The position numbers and the translations under genes were made by a program. From Actinomycetota bacterium (GTDB lineage: Bacteria; Actinomycetota; UBA4738; JBBDHU01): a DNA stretch of 64,000 nucleotides. The notes under the pieces are model-generated. The model did no database searches. It was given only the letters and a program-made list of their open reading frames with translations, and was not told the origin of the DNA. The stretch's first letter is position 1; each line of letters opens with the position of its first letter. The DNA lies in NCBI GenBank assembly GCA_040880705.1, contig JBBDHU010000003.1, forward strand, positions 215,476 to 279,475, in the 5' to 3' direction. Below are positions 34,974-44,167 of this stretch, one piece after another.

Positions 34974-37886
34974 TTGCCGATGGCCGCAACGCGAAAGAGC
35001 GGTGCCGCGGGGAGTCGGTCCGGCACGGCCGGCGGCAAGCGCAAAACCAAATCCGTTTCTCGCAAGACACAGGATCGCAAGAAACCTCCCGGAGGGAAAG
35101 ACTCTCGAGCCAGCGAACGCCGCTTTCGCGATCTCCTCGAAGCCTCCCCACAGGGAATCGTAGTTGTGGACACCGACGGCACGATAGTCACGGTCAACGC
35201 GGAGCTGGAGCGGATGTTCGGTTATTCGCGAATCGAGCTCATCGGCCATCGGGTGGAGTCGTTGTTGCCGGAGCGCTACCACGAGGATCACCTCCGGCAC
35301 AGGGCCGAGTTCATGACCGCCCCGCGGACCCGGCCGATGGGAGTCGGTCTCGAGCTATTCGGTCTCCACAAGAACGGGTCGGAGTTCCCCGTAGAGATCG
35401 GCCTGAGCGCGATCGACACCGATGAGGGCGTACTGGCGACGGCGAGCATCAGCGACATCACGCGGCGAAAACAGGCGGAGGAAAAACTTCGAGACAGCGA
35501 ACGCCGGTTCCGCGACCTCCTCGAGGGTTCACCCGAAGGGATCTTGGTGGCGGACGCCGAGGGGAAAATCATGATCGTGAACGCGCGATTGGAGGAGATG
35601 TTCGGTTACAAGCGTGAGGAACTGGCGGGACGACGGATCGAGACCCTCCTTCCCGAACGGTTCCGAGACACTCACCTGGGCTTCCGGTCCGATTTCATGC
35701 GATCACCTCAAACCAGACCCATGGGCCAGGGGCGCGAGCTTTTCGGCCTGAAGAAGAACGGCGAGGAGTTCCCGATCGAAATCGGCCTGAGTTCGATCGA
35801 AACCGCGGACGGCGTGCTGGCAACCGCCAGCGTCAGCGACATCTCGGCCAGGAAGGACGCGGAGGAAAGCCTTCGCCAAAGCGAGGAGAAGTTTCGCGAT
35901 CTCCTCGAGGGCTCACCCGAGGGAATCGTGGTTGTCGACGCTGAAGGCAGGATTGTGATCGTCAATGCACAGGTCGAGCGCATGTTCGGGTACGAGCGCG
36001 CGCAACTAGTAGGCAGCAAAGTGGAGAGCCTTCTCCCCGAGCGCTTTCGAAAGCGGCATGCCGGGCACCGCGCCGGGTACATGGAAGCCCCCCGAACGCG
36101 CACGATGGGGGAGGACTTGGATCTGTTCGGGCTGACCAAGAGCGGTAAGGAGTTTCCGGTCGAGATCGGCCTCAGCTCTGTCAGGACCGGCCAGGGAGTG
36201 CTTGCGACCGCGAGCATCATCGACGTCACCAAACGAAGGGAGGCCGAGGCGGCGCATCGTGAGGCCGAGGAGCGTTTCCGACTCCTGATCGAGGGCGTGC
36301 GGGACTACGGCATCTACATGCTCGATGAGGACGGCCGGGTGACGACATGGAATGCGGGAGCGGAGCGGCTCGAGGGGTACCGGGCCGACGAGATCATCGG
36401 GGCCCATATCTCCCGCTTCTTCACCCCCGAGGACATCGAGGCCGGCAAGCCAGAGGAAGGCCTTCGACTCGCCTCGGAGCATGGCGTCCACGAGTCGGAG
36501 GGATGGCGTGTCAGAAAGGACGGTACGCGTTTTTGGGCATCGGCTTTGATCACCGCTCTTCGAGACGACGGAGACCTGCGCGGATTCTCCAAGATCACTC
36601 GCGACATCACCGAGAAGAAGCGCTCCGAGGACGCCCTCCGAAGACTGGCGGCCCGGCTCCAGACCCTGCACGAGATCGACGCGAGCATCCTTGCAGCCGT
36701 GTCGCTGGACGATCTGTTCAAGACGGCCCTGAGCAGTCTGAGGAGCGTGATCCCCAGCGAGCGCGCCGCTGTTTCGCTCCACGACCTCGACAGAAAGGTG
36801 GCCAACTACGCGGCGGCCGAAGCGGAGGCGTCGGTGGGCGAGATCCGAACCGGAGAGATACCGCTCGGGGACATTCCGGACCTGGATTCGATCCTCGCGG
36901 CGCCCACGACGATCATCGACCTCACCGAGGTCCACGACCGGGCGCAGGCCTACGGACTGCTCTACAACGCGGGATTGCGGAGCCTGCTCACCGCCCCGAT
37001 GCACGCGGACGGCAAGCCCTTCGGAAACCTCACCGTCTACTCCACCGACGCGGAGCGGTTCAACGACGAGCACCGCAAGATAATCCGCGAGCTGGCCGAC
37101 CAGCTGGCCGTCGCCTTCCAGCAAACCCGGCTCCGCGAATCGCTTCGAGAGCACTCGCAGATGCTCGAACGGCGGGTCGCGGAGCGCACGAGAGAACTCC
37201 GCGAGATCAACGCGGAACTTGATTCGTTCTCTTATTCGGTCTCGCACGACCTGCGCGCACCTTTGCGCGCGATGCAGGGCTTGACCAGCGCGCTCCTCGA
37301 GGATTACGGCGACCGCCTCGACGAGACGGGGAAGGACTTTGCGGCACGCATCGTCGGGGCAGCCCGGCGGATGGACGACATGATCCGGGACCTGCTCTCC
37401 TACAGCAGGCTGACTCGCGCGGACATCGAATTGTCTACTGTAGATCTAGCGGACGTACTGAACGTCGTACGCGAGCAGTTCTCCGGCCAGCTGCAAGATC
37501 GAGGTGGGGCGGTGCATGTCGAGGAACCGTTGCCTTTGGTTAGGGCGCACAAACCTACACTTACTCATGTGCTGTTGAATCTCCTGACCAACGCGATCAA
37601 GTTCGTCGAGGAAGGAACCGCACCGATGATCGAGATCACTGCGGAACGATCCGGTCCCTCGGTAACGCTCCGGGTCAAGGACAACGGCATAGGCATAGCA
37701 CCGGAGCACCAAGAACGTATTTTCGGGATGCTCGAGCGGCTTCACGGAGTCGATACATACGAGGGGACCGGGATCGGCCTGGCGATCGTTCGCAGAGGGG
37801 CCGAACGCATGGGCGGCAGAGTAGGCGTGGAATCGCGGGCGGGAAAGGGCAGCACGTTCTGGGTCGAGCTGCCCGTGGACGGATAG
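34974..37886 (+). CDS. soluble multi-sensor histidine kinase (basic tail, 3 tandem PAS, 4th PAS, GAF, HisKA, HATPase_c)
   Basis: Three 128-aa PAS repeats, a fourth PAS (FRLLIEGVRDYGIYMLDEDGRVTTWNAGAERLEGY), a GAF region, H-box FSYSVSHDLRAPL, N box LLNLLTNAIKF, G boxes DNGIGI and GTGIGLAIV. No TM segment. Confidence 0.9.
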   Translation: MPMAATRKSGAAGSRSGTAGGKRKTKSVSRKTQDRKKPPGGKDSRASERRFRDLLEASPQGIVVVDTDGTIVTVNAELERMFGYSRIELIGHRVESLLPERYHEDHLRHRAEFMTAPRTRPMGVGLELFGLHKNGSEFPVEIGLSAIDTDEGVLATASISDITRRKQAEEKLRDSERRFRDLLEGSPEGILVADAEGKIMIVNARLEEMFGYKREELAGRRIETLLPERFRDTHLGFRSDFMRSPQTRPMGQGRELFGLKKNGEEFPIEIGLSSIETADGVLATASVSDISARKDAEESLRQSEEKFRDLLEGSPEGIVVVDAEGRIVIVNAQVERMFGYERAQLVGSKVESLLPERFRKRHAGHRAGYMEAPRTRTMGEDLDLFGLTKSGKEFPVEIGLSSVRTGQGVLATASIIDVTKRREAEAAHREAEERFRLLIEGVRDYGIYMLDEDGRVTTWNAGAERLEGYRADEIIGAHISRFFTPEDIEAGKPEEGLRLASEHGVHESEGWRVRKDGTRFWASALITALRDDGDLRGFSKITRDITEKKRSEDALRRLAARLQTLHEIDASILAAVSLDDLFKTALSSLRSVIPSERAAVSLHDLDRKVANYAAAEAEASVGEIRTGEIPLGDIPDLDSILAAPTTIIDLTEVHDRAQAYGLLYNAGLRSLLTAPMHADGKPFGNLTVYSTDAERFNDEHRKIIRELADQLAVAFQQTRLRESLREHSQMLERRVAERTRELREINAELDSFSYSVSHDLRAPLRAMQGLTSALLEDYGDRLDETGKDFAARIVGAARRMDDMIRDLLSYSRLTRADIELSTVDLADVLNVVREQFSGQLQDRGGAVHVEEPLPLVRAHKPTLTHVLLNLLTNAIKFVEEGTAPMIEITAERSGPSVTLRVKDNGIGIAPEHQERIFGMLERLHGVDTYEGTGIGLAIVRRGAERMGGRVGVESRAGKGSTFWVELPVDG

Positions 37887-37982
37887 CCGGTCCAATCCCG
37901 CTCGATTCTTGAACGAATCCTTATCGAGTTCAAACGCCCCGCTGATGGCCGCGGCCGACATTCATCTTGATCGGAGGCAGCT

Positions 37983-38147
37983 ATGACAAAGCCGATGGAA
38001 TCGCGGGCCGGCAATCTTGGTCCCATCTCGGAGGGACGGCTGCTTGCCGTCGACGCCGCGATCGCAAGACTGTCTTCGGAGGAGCGCAATCGCTTGATCG
38101 AAATCATGATCAGAATGCAGGAGCGCAGCCACCAAACGACAGGCTAG
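37983..38147 (+). CDS. unannotated 54-codon ORF (hypothetical small helical protein)
   Basis: ATG 6 nt after GGAGG: MTKPMESRAGNLGPISEGRLLAVDAAIARLSSEERNRLIEIMIRMQERSHQTTG*. GC3-rich codon usage. Below the 60-aa cut-off of the ORF track. Confidence 0.45.
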   Translation: MTKPMESRAGNLGPISEGRLLAVDAAIARLSSEERNRLIEIMIRMQERSHQTTG

Positions 38148-38156
38148 GCACGCTTC

Positions 38157-38182
38157 GGGCCCGGGCCCTGCGGCCCGGGCCC
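38157..38182 (+). terminator. perfect 11-bp GC hairpin (terminator-like / processing site)
   Basis: GGGCCCGGGCC-CTGC-GGCCCGGGCCC, 10 nt after the small-ORF stop. No U tract. Confidence 0.45.
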
Positions 38183-38253
38183 TGGCGTCGGTTCGGAAGC
38201 CGCGAACCAAACCCCTCGGATGAGGCAATCTCCTAAAGAGGGGGTGGGTCGCG

Positions 38254-38613
38254 GTGCCGACGGAGGAGCTGGCCCTTGTTCCGGCTACCGCAGCTGCCGC
38301 TGAAACCGAAACGGAGCCGCCCAAAGGACTAGTCCATACGGATGGTTTTCCGCCACGGCTGACATCGCGCGAAATGCAGACGTTGACATTACTCGCCTCC
38401 GGTTTCTCCACCAGGGAGGCTGCATATGAGCTGCAACTCAGCCATCAAGCAGTCACCTATCACGTAGGCAATCTCCTCAGGAAAACAGGGACGAGAAACC
38501 GGGCAGCCCTGGTCGCCCGTGCCTACGTTTGGGAACTCCTCCCGATCGATCGCTGGCCTCCCGAGGGACGGATCCCGAACCGGTGGGAGAGGGGCAGCCA
38601 AACGCGCAGCTGA
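38254..38613 (+). CDS. receiver-less LuxR-family HTH transcription factor
   Basis: GTG start after GAGGGGG. LTSREMQTLTLLASGFSTREAAYELQLSHQAVTYHVGNLLRKTG. The N-terminal 40 aa is low complexity, with no REC domain. Confidence 0.8.
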   Translation: MPTEELALVPATAAAAETETEPPKGLVHTDGFPPRLTSREMQTLTLLASGFSTREAAYELQLSHQAVTYHVGNLLRKTGTRNRAALVARAYVWELLPIDRWPPEGRIPNRWERGSQTRS

Positions 38614-38633
38614 CCGGCCGCCGCCCTAATTAC

Positions 38634-38667
38634 CTGTACTTATGCCACCCAAAGCCGATAAATACAG
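38634..38667. promoter_or_regulatory. AT-rich imperfect inverted repeat (candidate operator/promoter of the REC-kinase operon)
   Basis: CTGTACTTAT-N14-ATAAATACAG (9/10 complementary) in an unusually AT-rich 60-nt patch, 27 nt upstream of the TTG start (RBS AGGAGG at 38681). Confidence 0.3.
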
Positions 38668-38693
38668 TGAATGAAACCTGAGGAGGTTGTGCC

Positions 38694-39143
38694 TTGAGAC
38701 TGGAGCCGGACACGATCCTCATTGCCGAAGACGACCCGAACGACGCGCTCTTGGTTCAGCGTGCGTTCCGGACCGCGCGTCTGGCAAATCCGATCCAGGT
38801 AGTCGGCGACGGTGAAAGGGCCATCGCCTATATCTCCGGCGTTCCCCCGTACGACGATCGAGAGAAATACCCAATGCCTATGTTGGTCCTGCTGGATCTC
38901 AAGATGCCGAGAAAGGGTGGCCACGAGGTTCTCGAGTGGATTCGCGCGCAACCCGGAATCAAGAGGCTGCCGGTCGTAGTCCTCACCTCGTCGAGCGAGA
39001 TGATCGACATCAACCGCGCATACGATCTAGGTGCAAACTCCTACCTCGTCAAGCCCGTGGAATTCGAGGCTCTTCTCGAAATGGTGAAGGAGCTGAACCT
39101 CTACTGGGCCGTCATGAACAAGTTAGGCAGCGTCCAGGAATGA
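38694..39143 (+). CDS. stand-alone receiver (CheY/Rcp1-like) response regulator
   Basis: ILIAEDDPNDALL, VLLDLKMPRKGG, VVVLTSS, ANSYLVKP, and a C-terminal LNLYWAVMN typical of phytochrome-associated single-domain regulators. Confidence 0.9.
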   Translation: MRLEPDTILIAEDDPNDALLVQRAFRTARLANPIQVVGDGERAIAYISGVPPYDDREKYPMPMLVLLDLKMPRKGGHEVLEWIRAQPGIKRLPVVVLTSSSEMIDINRAYDLGANSYLVKPVEFEALLEMVKELNLYWAVMNKLGSVQE

Positions 39144-41857
39144 CCGCCAGAAGGTTCAGCCTGCTGATTGTCGAGGACAATCCCGACGACCGTATTTTGG
39201 TCACGCGGGCACTGAAGAAGGAATTCGCCCACCTCGACGCAACAGCCATCGGAGAGCAGGGTGAATTCGAGGCCGCCCTGAACGACTGGAATTTCGATGT
39301 CGTCGTCACCGACTTCGCCATCGGTTGGACCGATGGACTCGAGGTTCTCCGGCGGGTAAAGGAGTTTGACGCCGATTGTCCGGTGATCATGTTCTCCGGC
39401 ACGAGCGGGGAGGAAACGGCCGTCGCCGCCATGAAGGCCGGTGTCGACGACTTCGTACTCAAGTCTCCCGATCACATCACGCACCTAACCGTTGCGGTGA
39501 ACTCCGCGCTTGACAAACGAGAACGGCACCGCGCAGTGGGCGTGGCGGAGACGGCCCTTCGAGCCAGCGAGTTGAGGTTTCGAACCCTTTCGCTCGAGGC
39601 GCCGGTCGGCATATTCGAAACCGACGCCGACGGGCAATGCATCTTTACGAATAAGAAGTGGAACGGATTGTCGGGGATCTCCACTGAGGACGCGCTGGGC
39701 GACGGCTGGGCCAAGGCGCTGCATCCCGACGACCGAGACCGAGTATTCGAACAATGGACCCGCGCACTCGAGGAAGTCGGGGAGTTCAAGGCCGAGTACC
39801 GCTTTCGCACCCCCGACGGCGTCGTCAGCTGGCTGTCCGGCCAGGCCGCCCCGCTGCTAAGCGGATCAGGCGTTCTCATCGGTTACATCGGAACCATCAC
39901 CGACATAACCGAGCGAAGGGAGACCGAGGAGCGCCTTCGCCAGGCGGAACGAGAGTACCGCTCTCTAGTAGAGGGCAGTCCCGCCATCGTGTACCGGGCT
40001 CCCTACGAGCCGGACCCCAAGATCAGCTACGTCAGCCCTCAGATCGAGATGCTGGGCTTTTCTATGGAAGAGTTCGCGGCCGACCCCGATGCCAACTGGA
40101 GGAACATGGTGCATCCCGACGACCGTGTCCGGGAGCGAGCGGCCGCCGATCACGCCAAGGAAACCGGGGAGAAATTCGACGAGGAATACCGGGTAATCAC
40201 GCCCCAGGGGAAGACACTCTGGGTTCACGACTCCGCTGAGGTTGTCCGGAACGGAGACGGAGAGCCGCTCCACTGGCAGGGGATCGTGTTGGACGTCAGT
40301 TCCGCCAAGGAGGCGGAGGCACAGTTGCGCGAGGCCGAGGAGAGGTACCGCTCCCTCGTCGAGCGCATCCCCGCTGTGACCTACATACAGGTCGCCGACC
40401 CCAGTTCCCCCTTCGGATATCGCTATACCTACGTCAGCCCGCAGGTGGGATCAATACTCGGCCTAACGGCGGAGGAATGGATGGACGATCCCTCGAGGTT
40501 CAGGGACATGATCCACGCCGACGACCGGGAGTGGGTGCTCCAGCTCGAGGATCGCGCAGCCGAAACTGGTGACTCCTACAAGATCGAGTACCGAATGGTC
40601 GTCGGCCCCGGGAAAACCAAATGGGTTCGTGAGGAGGCCTATCTGCTCAGGGACGAGGAGGGGGCCCCCGTCCACTGGCAAGGAATCATCACTGACATCA
40701 CGGAGGAGAGAAGGGTCGGTGAAACGAAGCTCGCCCGAGAGGCCGCCGAACATGCCAACCGGGCGAAGAGCGAGTTCCTCTCCCGAATGAGCCACGAGCT
40801 GCGCACCCCCATGAACGCCGTACTCGGATTCGCGCAGTTGCTGGGGCTGGAAGAGCTTCCCGCCGATCAGCAAGAATCCGTCGACCAGATCCTCAAGGCC
40901 GGGCGTCACCTACTGAACCTCATCGACGAGGTACTCGACATATCGCGGATCGAGATCGGATCGATGACCTTGTCCCTCGAACCCGTGTTGGTACAAGAGG
41001 TCGTCGGCGAATCCGTGGATCTGATTCACCCTCTTGCGGCCGACGCGGGCATCCAGCTGAATGTGCAGGATCCAGGAATTCGCACGGTCATGGCGGATCG
41101 CCAGCGGTTGAAGCAGGTCTTGATCAACCTGCTGTCCAACGGGGTCAAGTACAACCGAAAGAACGGGAAGGTGGAGGTCGAATGTACCAACCGCGAGGAC
41201 GGCCGAGTCGAGATAACGGTGGCGGATACCGGGCCTGGCATCCCCGGCGCGCTCATCGATGCGATATTCGCCCCATTCGAACGCCTGGGCGCCGAAGCTA
41301 CCGCCATCGAGGGAACGGGGCTCGGGCTTTCACTGAGCAGGACGCTGATCGAGGCGATGGGCGGAACCCTCGAGGTCGAGAGCATCATGGATGTGGGGAG
41401 CAACTTCAAGATCCTGCTGCCGCAGGCGGAGGCCCGAACGGAGCCCGATGGAGCCCATGAACCGACGCAGGCGACGCTGCCCTCGGCAGGAGCGGAAACC
41501 CGCACGATCCTCTACATCGAGGACAACCTTTCCAATCTCAAACTTGTCGAACGAATCCTAGAACGTCGCCCGGAAGTGAAGCTGCTCTCTGCAATGCAGG
41601 GCCGTCTGGGCTTGGAACTTGCTCGCAAGCATCACCCCGACCTCATACTGCTGGACGTTCACCTGCCGGATCTACCGGGCGATGAAATTCTCAGGGACCT
41701 GTCCGCGACTCCCGAGCTTCGCGCCATACCGGTGATCATGCTGACCGCCGACGCCAGTCCGACACATGCCGCAGCCTTGAAAGCCCAGGGCGCTACCGAC
41801 TACCTGACCAAGCCGCTGGACATCCAGCGGTTCCTCGACGTCATCGACTCGATCTGA
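39140..41857 (+). CDS. hybrid histidine kinase (REC, 3 PAS, HisKA, HATPase_c, REC)
   Basis: ATG at 39140 in an ATGA overlap with the previous stop. LLIVEDNPDD receiver, three PAS/PAC units, H-box FLSRMSHELRTPMNAV, N box LINLLSNGVKY, G boxes DTGPGI and GTGLGLS, and a C-terminal receiver ILYIEDNLSN...LLDVHLPDLPG...VIMLTAD. The ORF-track start at 38936 is out of frame with the REC gene and spurious. Confidence 0.9.
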   Translation: MTARRFSLLIVEDNPDDRILVTRALKKEFAHLDATAIGEQGEFEAALNDWNFDVVVTDFAIGWTDGLEVLRRVKEFDADCPVIMFSGTSGEETAVAAMKAGVDDFVLKSPDHITHLTVAVNSALDKRERHRAVGVAETALRASELRFRTLSLEAPVGIFETDADGQCIFTNKKWNGLSGISTEDALGDGWAKALHPDDRDRVFEQWTRALEEVGEFKAEYRFRTPDGVVSWLSGQAAPLLSGSGVLIGYIGTITDITERRETEERLRQAEREYRSLVEGSPAIVYRAPYEPDPKISYVSPQIEMLGFSMEEFAADPDANWRNMVHPDDRVRERAAADHAKETGEKFDEEYRVITPQGKTLWVHDSAEVVRNGDGEPLHWQGIVLDVSSAKEAEAQLREAEERYRSLVERIPAVTYIQVADPSSPFGYRYTYVSPQVGSILGLTAEEWMDDPSRFRDMIHADDREWVLQLEDRAAETGDSYKIEYRMVVGPGKTKWVREEAYLLRDEEGAPVHWQGIITDITEERRVGETKLAREAAEHANRAKSEFLSRMSHELRTPMNAVLGFAQLLGLEELPADQQESVDQILKAGRHLLNLIDEVLDISRIEIGSMTLSLEPVLVQEVVGESVDLIHPLAADAGIQLNVQDPGIRTVMADRQRLKQVLINLLSNGVKYNRKNGKVEVECTNREDGRVEITVADTGPGIPGALIDAIFAPFERLGAEATAIEGTGLGLSLSRTLIEAMGGTLEVESIMDVGSNFKILLPQAEARTEPDGAHEPTQATLPSAGAETRTILYIEDNLSNLKLVERILERRPEVKLLSAMQGRLGLELARKHHPDLILLDVHLPDLPGDEILRDLSATPELRAIPVIMLTADASPTHAAALKAQGATDYLTKPLDIQRFLDVIDSI

Positions 41858-41861
41858 CGGG

Positions 41862-43070
41862 GTGACGATGCGAGATCACGAACAAGTCGCCGAGGCGGTC
41901 TTCCTGGTCGTGGACGACGAGCCCGCCAACACGGCGCTCGTCGAACGGATCCTGAGGCGGGAGGGATACTCGAACATCAACTGCATCAATGATTCGCGAG
42001 AGGCGCTCTCGACTTACAGGGAATCCAATCCGGACATGGTGCTCCTCGACATGCTCATGCCGCACATGGACGGATTCGCCGTCTTGGAGGAACTTGGCCG
42101 GGAGATCCCCGGGGACGAATTCGTTCCGATCGTAGTGCTGACCGCCGACACCAACGAGGAGACGCGAAAACGAGCGCTTTGGATGGGAGCCACGGACTTC
42201 CTGACCAAACCCTTCGACCACATCGAGGTCGTGTTCCGCATACGCAACCTTCTGGAGACGAGAGCTCTGCACGTGAGTCTTCGAGAACACAACCGCCGCT
42301 TGGACGCGGCCGTGGCCGATCGGACCACGGAACTGCGGGAGAGCCTGGAACTGCTGAGGAGGTCCGATAAGCAGCGCCGGGCTTTGATGGCGCACCTGGT
42401 CGAGGCCCAGGAGGAAGAACGCCAGCGGATCGCGGCGGACGTGCACGACGACTCCGTGCAAGTGATGGCGGCGGTGGCGATGCGCCTCGAGATGCTCAGG
42501 TCACGAATCAGCGATCCCGACGACATCGAGGCTCTCAAGGAACTGGAGAAGACGACTCACGACGCCGTGTCGCGCCTTCGATACTTGCTGTTCGAGCTGC
42601 GCCCTCCGTCGCTGGACAGCGACGGACTTGCCGCAGCGATCCGCGAATACCTACAGAAGGCGAGCACCGACCCCGCTTCCGGTTCGGGCTTCTCGTTCGA
42701 TGTTGAGAGCGAGATGCGATCGGAGCCCCCGCCCGAGATCCGAACGACCCTTTACAGGATCGTCCAGGAAGCCCTCAACAACGTGCGCAAACACGCCCGC
42801 GCCGATCAGGTCAAGGTCGTTCTCGATGAGAGAGACGGGGGTTTCCTGGCCCGCGTTTCCGATGACGGCCGCGGGTTCGAGATGAACCACCAAGGGTCGA
42901 GGGTCCCAGGGCACATCGGTTTGAGCGCCATGGTCGAAAGAGCGGAGATGGCGGGCGGCTGGTGCCACCTCGCCAGCAGTCCGGGAAGCGGCACCACCGT
43001 CGAGGCTTGGGTCCCGGCATCGCTTCAGAAGAGGGATAGGACTCAAGATCCTGCCGGAGTCGGAACATGA
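41862..43070 (+). CDS. receiver-fused HisKA_3 histidine kinase (REC, DHp, HATPase_c)
   Basis: VFLVVDDEPAN...VLLDMLMPHMDG...VVLTAD receiver. H-box RIAADVHDDSVQ. N/G boxes QEALNNVRKHA and DDGRGFE. Confidence 0.9.
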   Translation: MTMRDHEQVAEAVFLVVDDEPANTALVERILRREGYSNINCINDSREALSTYRESNPDMVLLDMLMPHMDGFAVLEELGREIPGDEFVPIVVLTADTNEETRKRALWMGATDFLTKPFDHIEVVFRIRNLLETRALHVSLREHNRRLDAAVADRTTELRESLELLRRSDKQRRALMAHLVEAQEEERQRIAADVHDDSVQVMAAVAMRLEMLRSRISDPDDIEALKELEKTTHDAVSRLRYLLFELRPPSLDSDGLAAAIREYLQKASTDPASGSGFSFDVESEMRSEPPPEIRTTLYRIVQEALNNVRKHARADQVKVVLDERDGGFLARVSDDGRGFEMNHQGSRVPGHIGLSAMVERAEMAGGWCHLASSPGSGTTVEAWVPASLQKRDRTQDPAGVGT

Positions 43071-44167
43071 CTCTAGCGGGAAAGGCAAGAGGCGATGCGG
43101 TAACCAAGCCGGGGCCTCACATCAAGCATTCCCGAATACTGATCGTGGACGACGAGCCCACGAACGTGCGCCTCCTCGAACGAATGCTCGAAAAAGCCGG
43201 GTACACAAGCATCGAGAGCACTTCGGATCCGACGAAAGTCGCCAAGCTTTACGGCGGTTTCGATCCCGATTTGATACTGCTCGACTTGATCATGCCCGGA
43301 ATGGACGGCCACGCCGTGATGGCAGATCTCGGCCCGCGAATACCGGAGGGCGACTACCTCCCGATCCTTGTCTTGACGGCCGACGTGACACAGGAGGCGA
43401 AGGAAAGGAGTCTCGCCTCCGGAGCGCGAGATTTCTTGACGAAACCATTCGACGCGACCGAAGTACTGCTCCGGGTCAAGAACCTTCTCGAGACGCGTGG
43501 CCTCCACATGGAGTTGCAGCACTACAGCGAGGGACTCGAGCACAAGGTTCGCGAACGGACGTTCCAGCTGGAGAAGACTCAACTGGAGATCCTGGATCGC
43601 CTGGCGCTTGCCGCCGAGTTCAGGGACTACGAAACGGGCGAGCACACGACGAGAGTGGGGAGGATGGCGGCGCAGCTGGCGCGGGCGATCTCCCTTTCCG
43701 AAGACGAGGCAATGCTCATCGGAGACGCGGCCCGGCTCCACGACGTCGGGAAGATAGCGATCCCTGACGGCATACTCCTGAAACCCGGGAAACTCACTGT
43801 GCAGGAATTCGAACAGGTGAAGACCCATGTAGACGTGGGTGCCAGGTTGTTGTCAGGCGGTGAATTCCCGCTACTGATCAAGGCAGAGGAGATCGCCGCG
43901 AACCACCATGAGAAGTGGGATGGAACCGGGTACAAGGGAGTGGCCGGAGACGCAATTCCGATCTCGGCGCGAGTCTCTGCCGTAGCCGATGTCTTCGATG
44001 CGCTGACCCACAAGCGCCCCTACAAGGAGGCATGGCCGGCCGAGGTCGCCGTAGCGGAGATCGAGTCGCAGAACGGAAGGCACTTCGATCCGGCGATAGT
44101 GAAGGAATTCTTGAAGATCGACGAAATCGTGGGTTTCGTCGGAGGAGCCGGAACAGATGGGGACTGA
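43067..44167 (+). CDS. response regulator with HD-GYP domain (RpfG-type c-di-GMP phosphodiesterase)
   Basis: ILIVDDEPTN...LLDLIMPGMDG...VLTAD receiver. HD-GYP core RLHDVGKIAIPD...HHEKWDGTGYKG. ATGA overlap with the upstream kinase. Confidence 0.9.
   Translation: MTLAGKARGDAVTKPGPHIKHSRILIVDDEPTNVRLLERMLEKAGYTSIESTSDPTKVAKLYGGFDPDLILLDLIMPGMDGHAVMADLGPRIPEGDYLPILVLTADVTQEAKERSLASGARDFLTKPFDATEVLLRVKNLLETRGLHMELQHYSEGLEHKVRERTFQLEKTQLEILDRLALAAEFRDYETGEHTTRVGRMAAQLARAISLSEDEAMLIGDAARLHDVGKIAIPDGILLKPGKLTVQEFEQVKTHVDVGARLLSGGEFPLLIKAEEIAANHHEKWDGTGYKGVAGDAIPISARVSAVADVFDALTHKRPYKEAWPAEVAVAEIESQNGRHFDPAIVKEFLKIDEIVGFVGGAGTDGD

Noticed and set aside
38936-39139. Upstream extension of the hybrid kinase ORF (38936..41857)
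   Set aside because: It overlaps the stand-alone REC gene in another frame. The receiver motif LLIVEDNPDD begins right after the ATG at 39140, which forms an ATGA junction with the REC stop.
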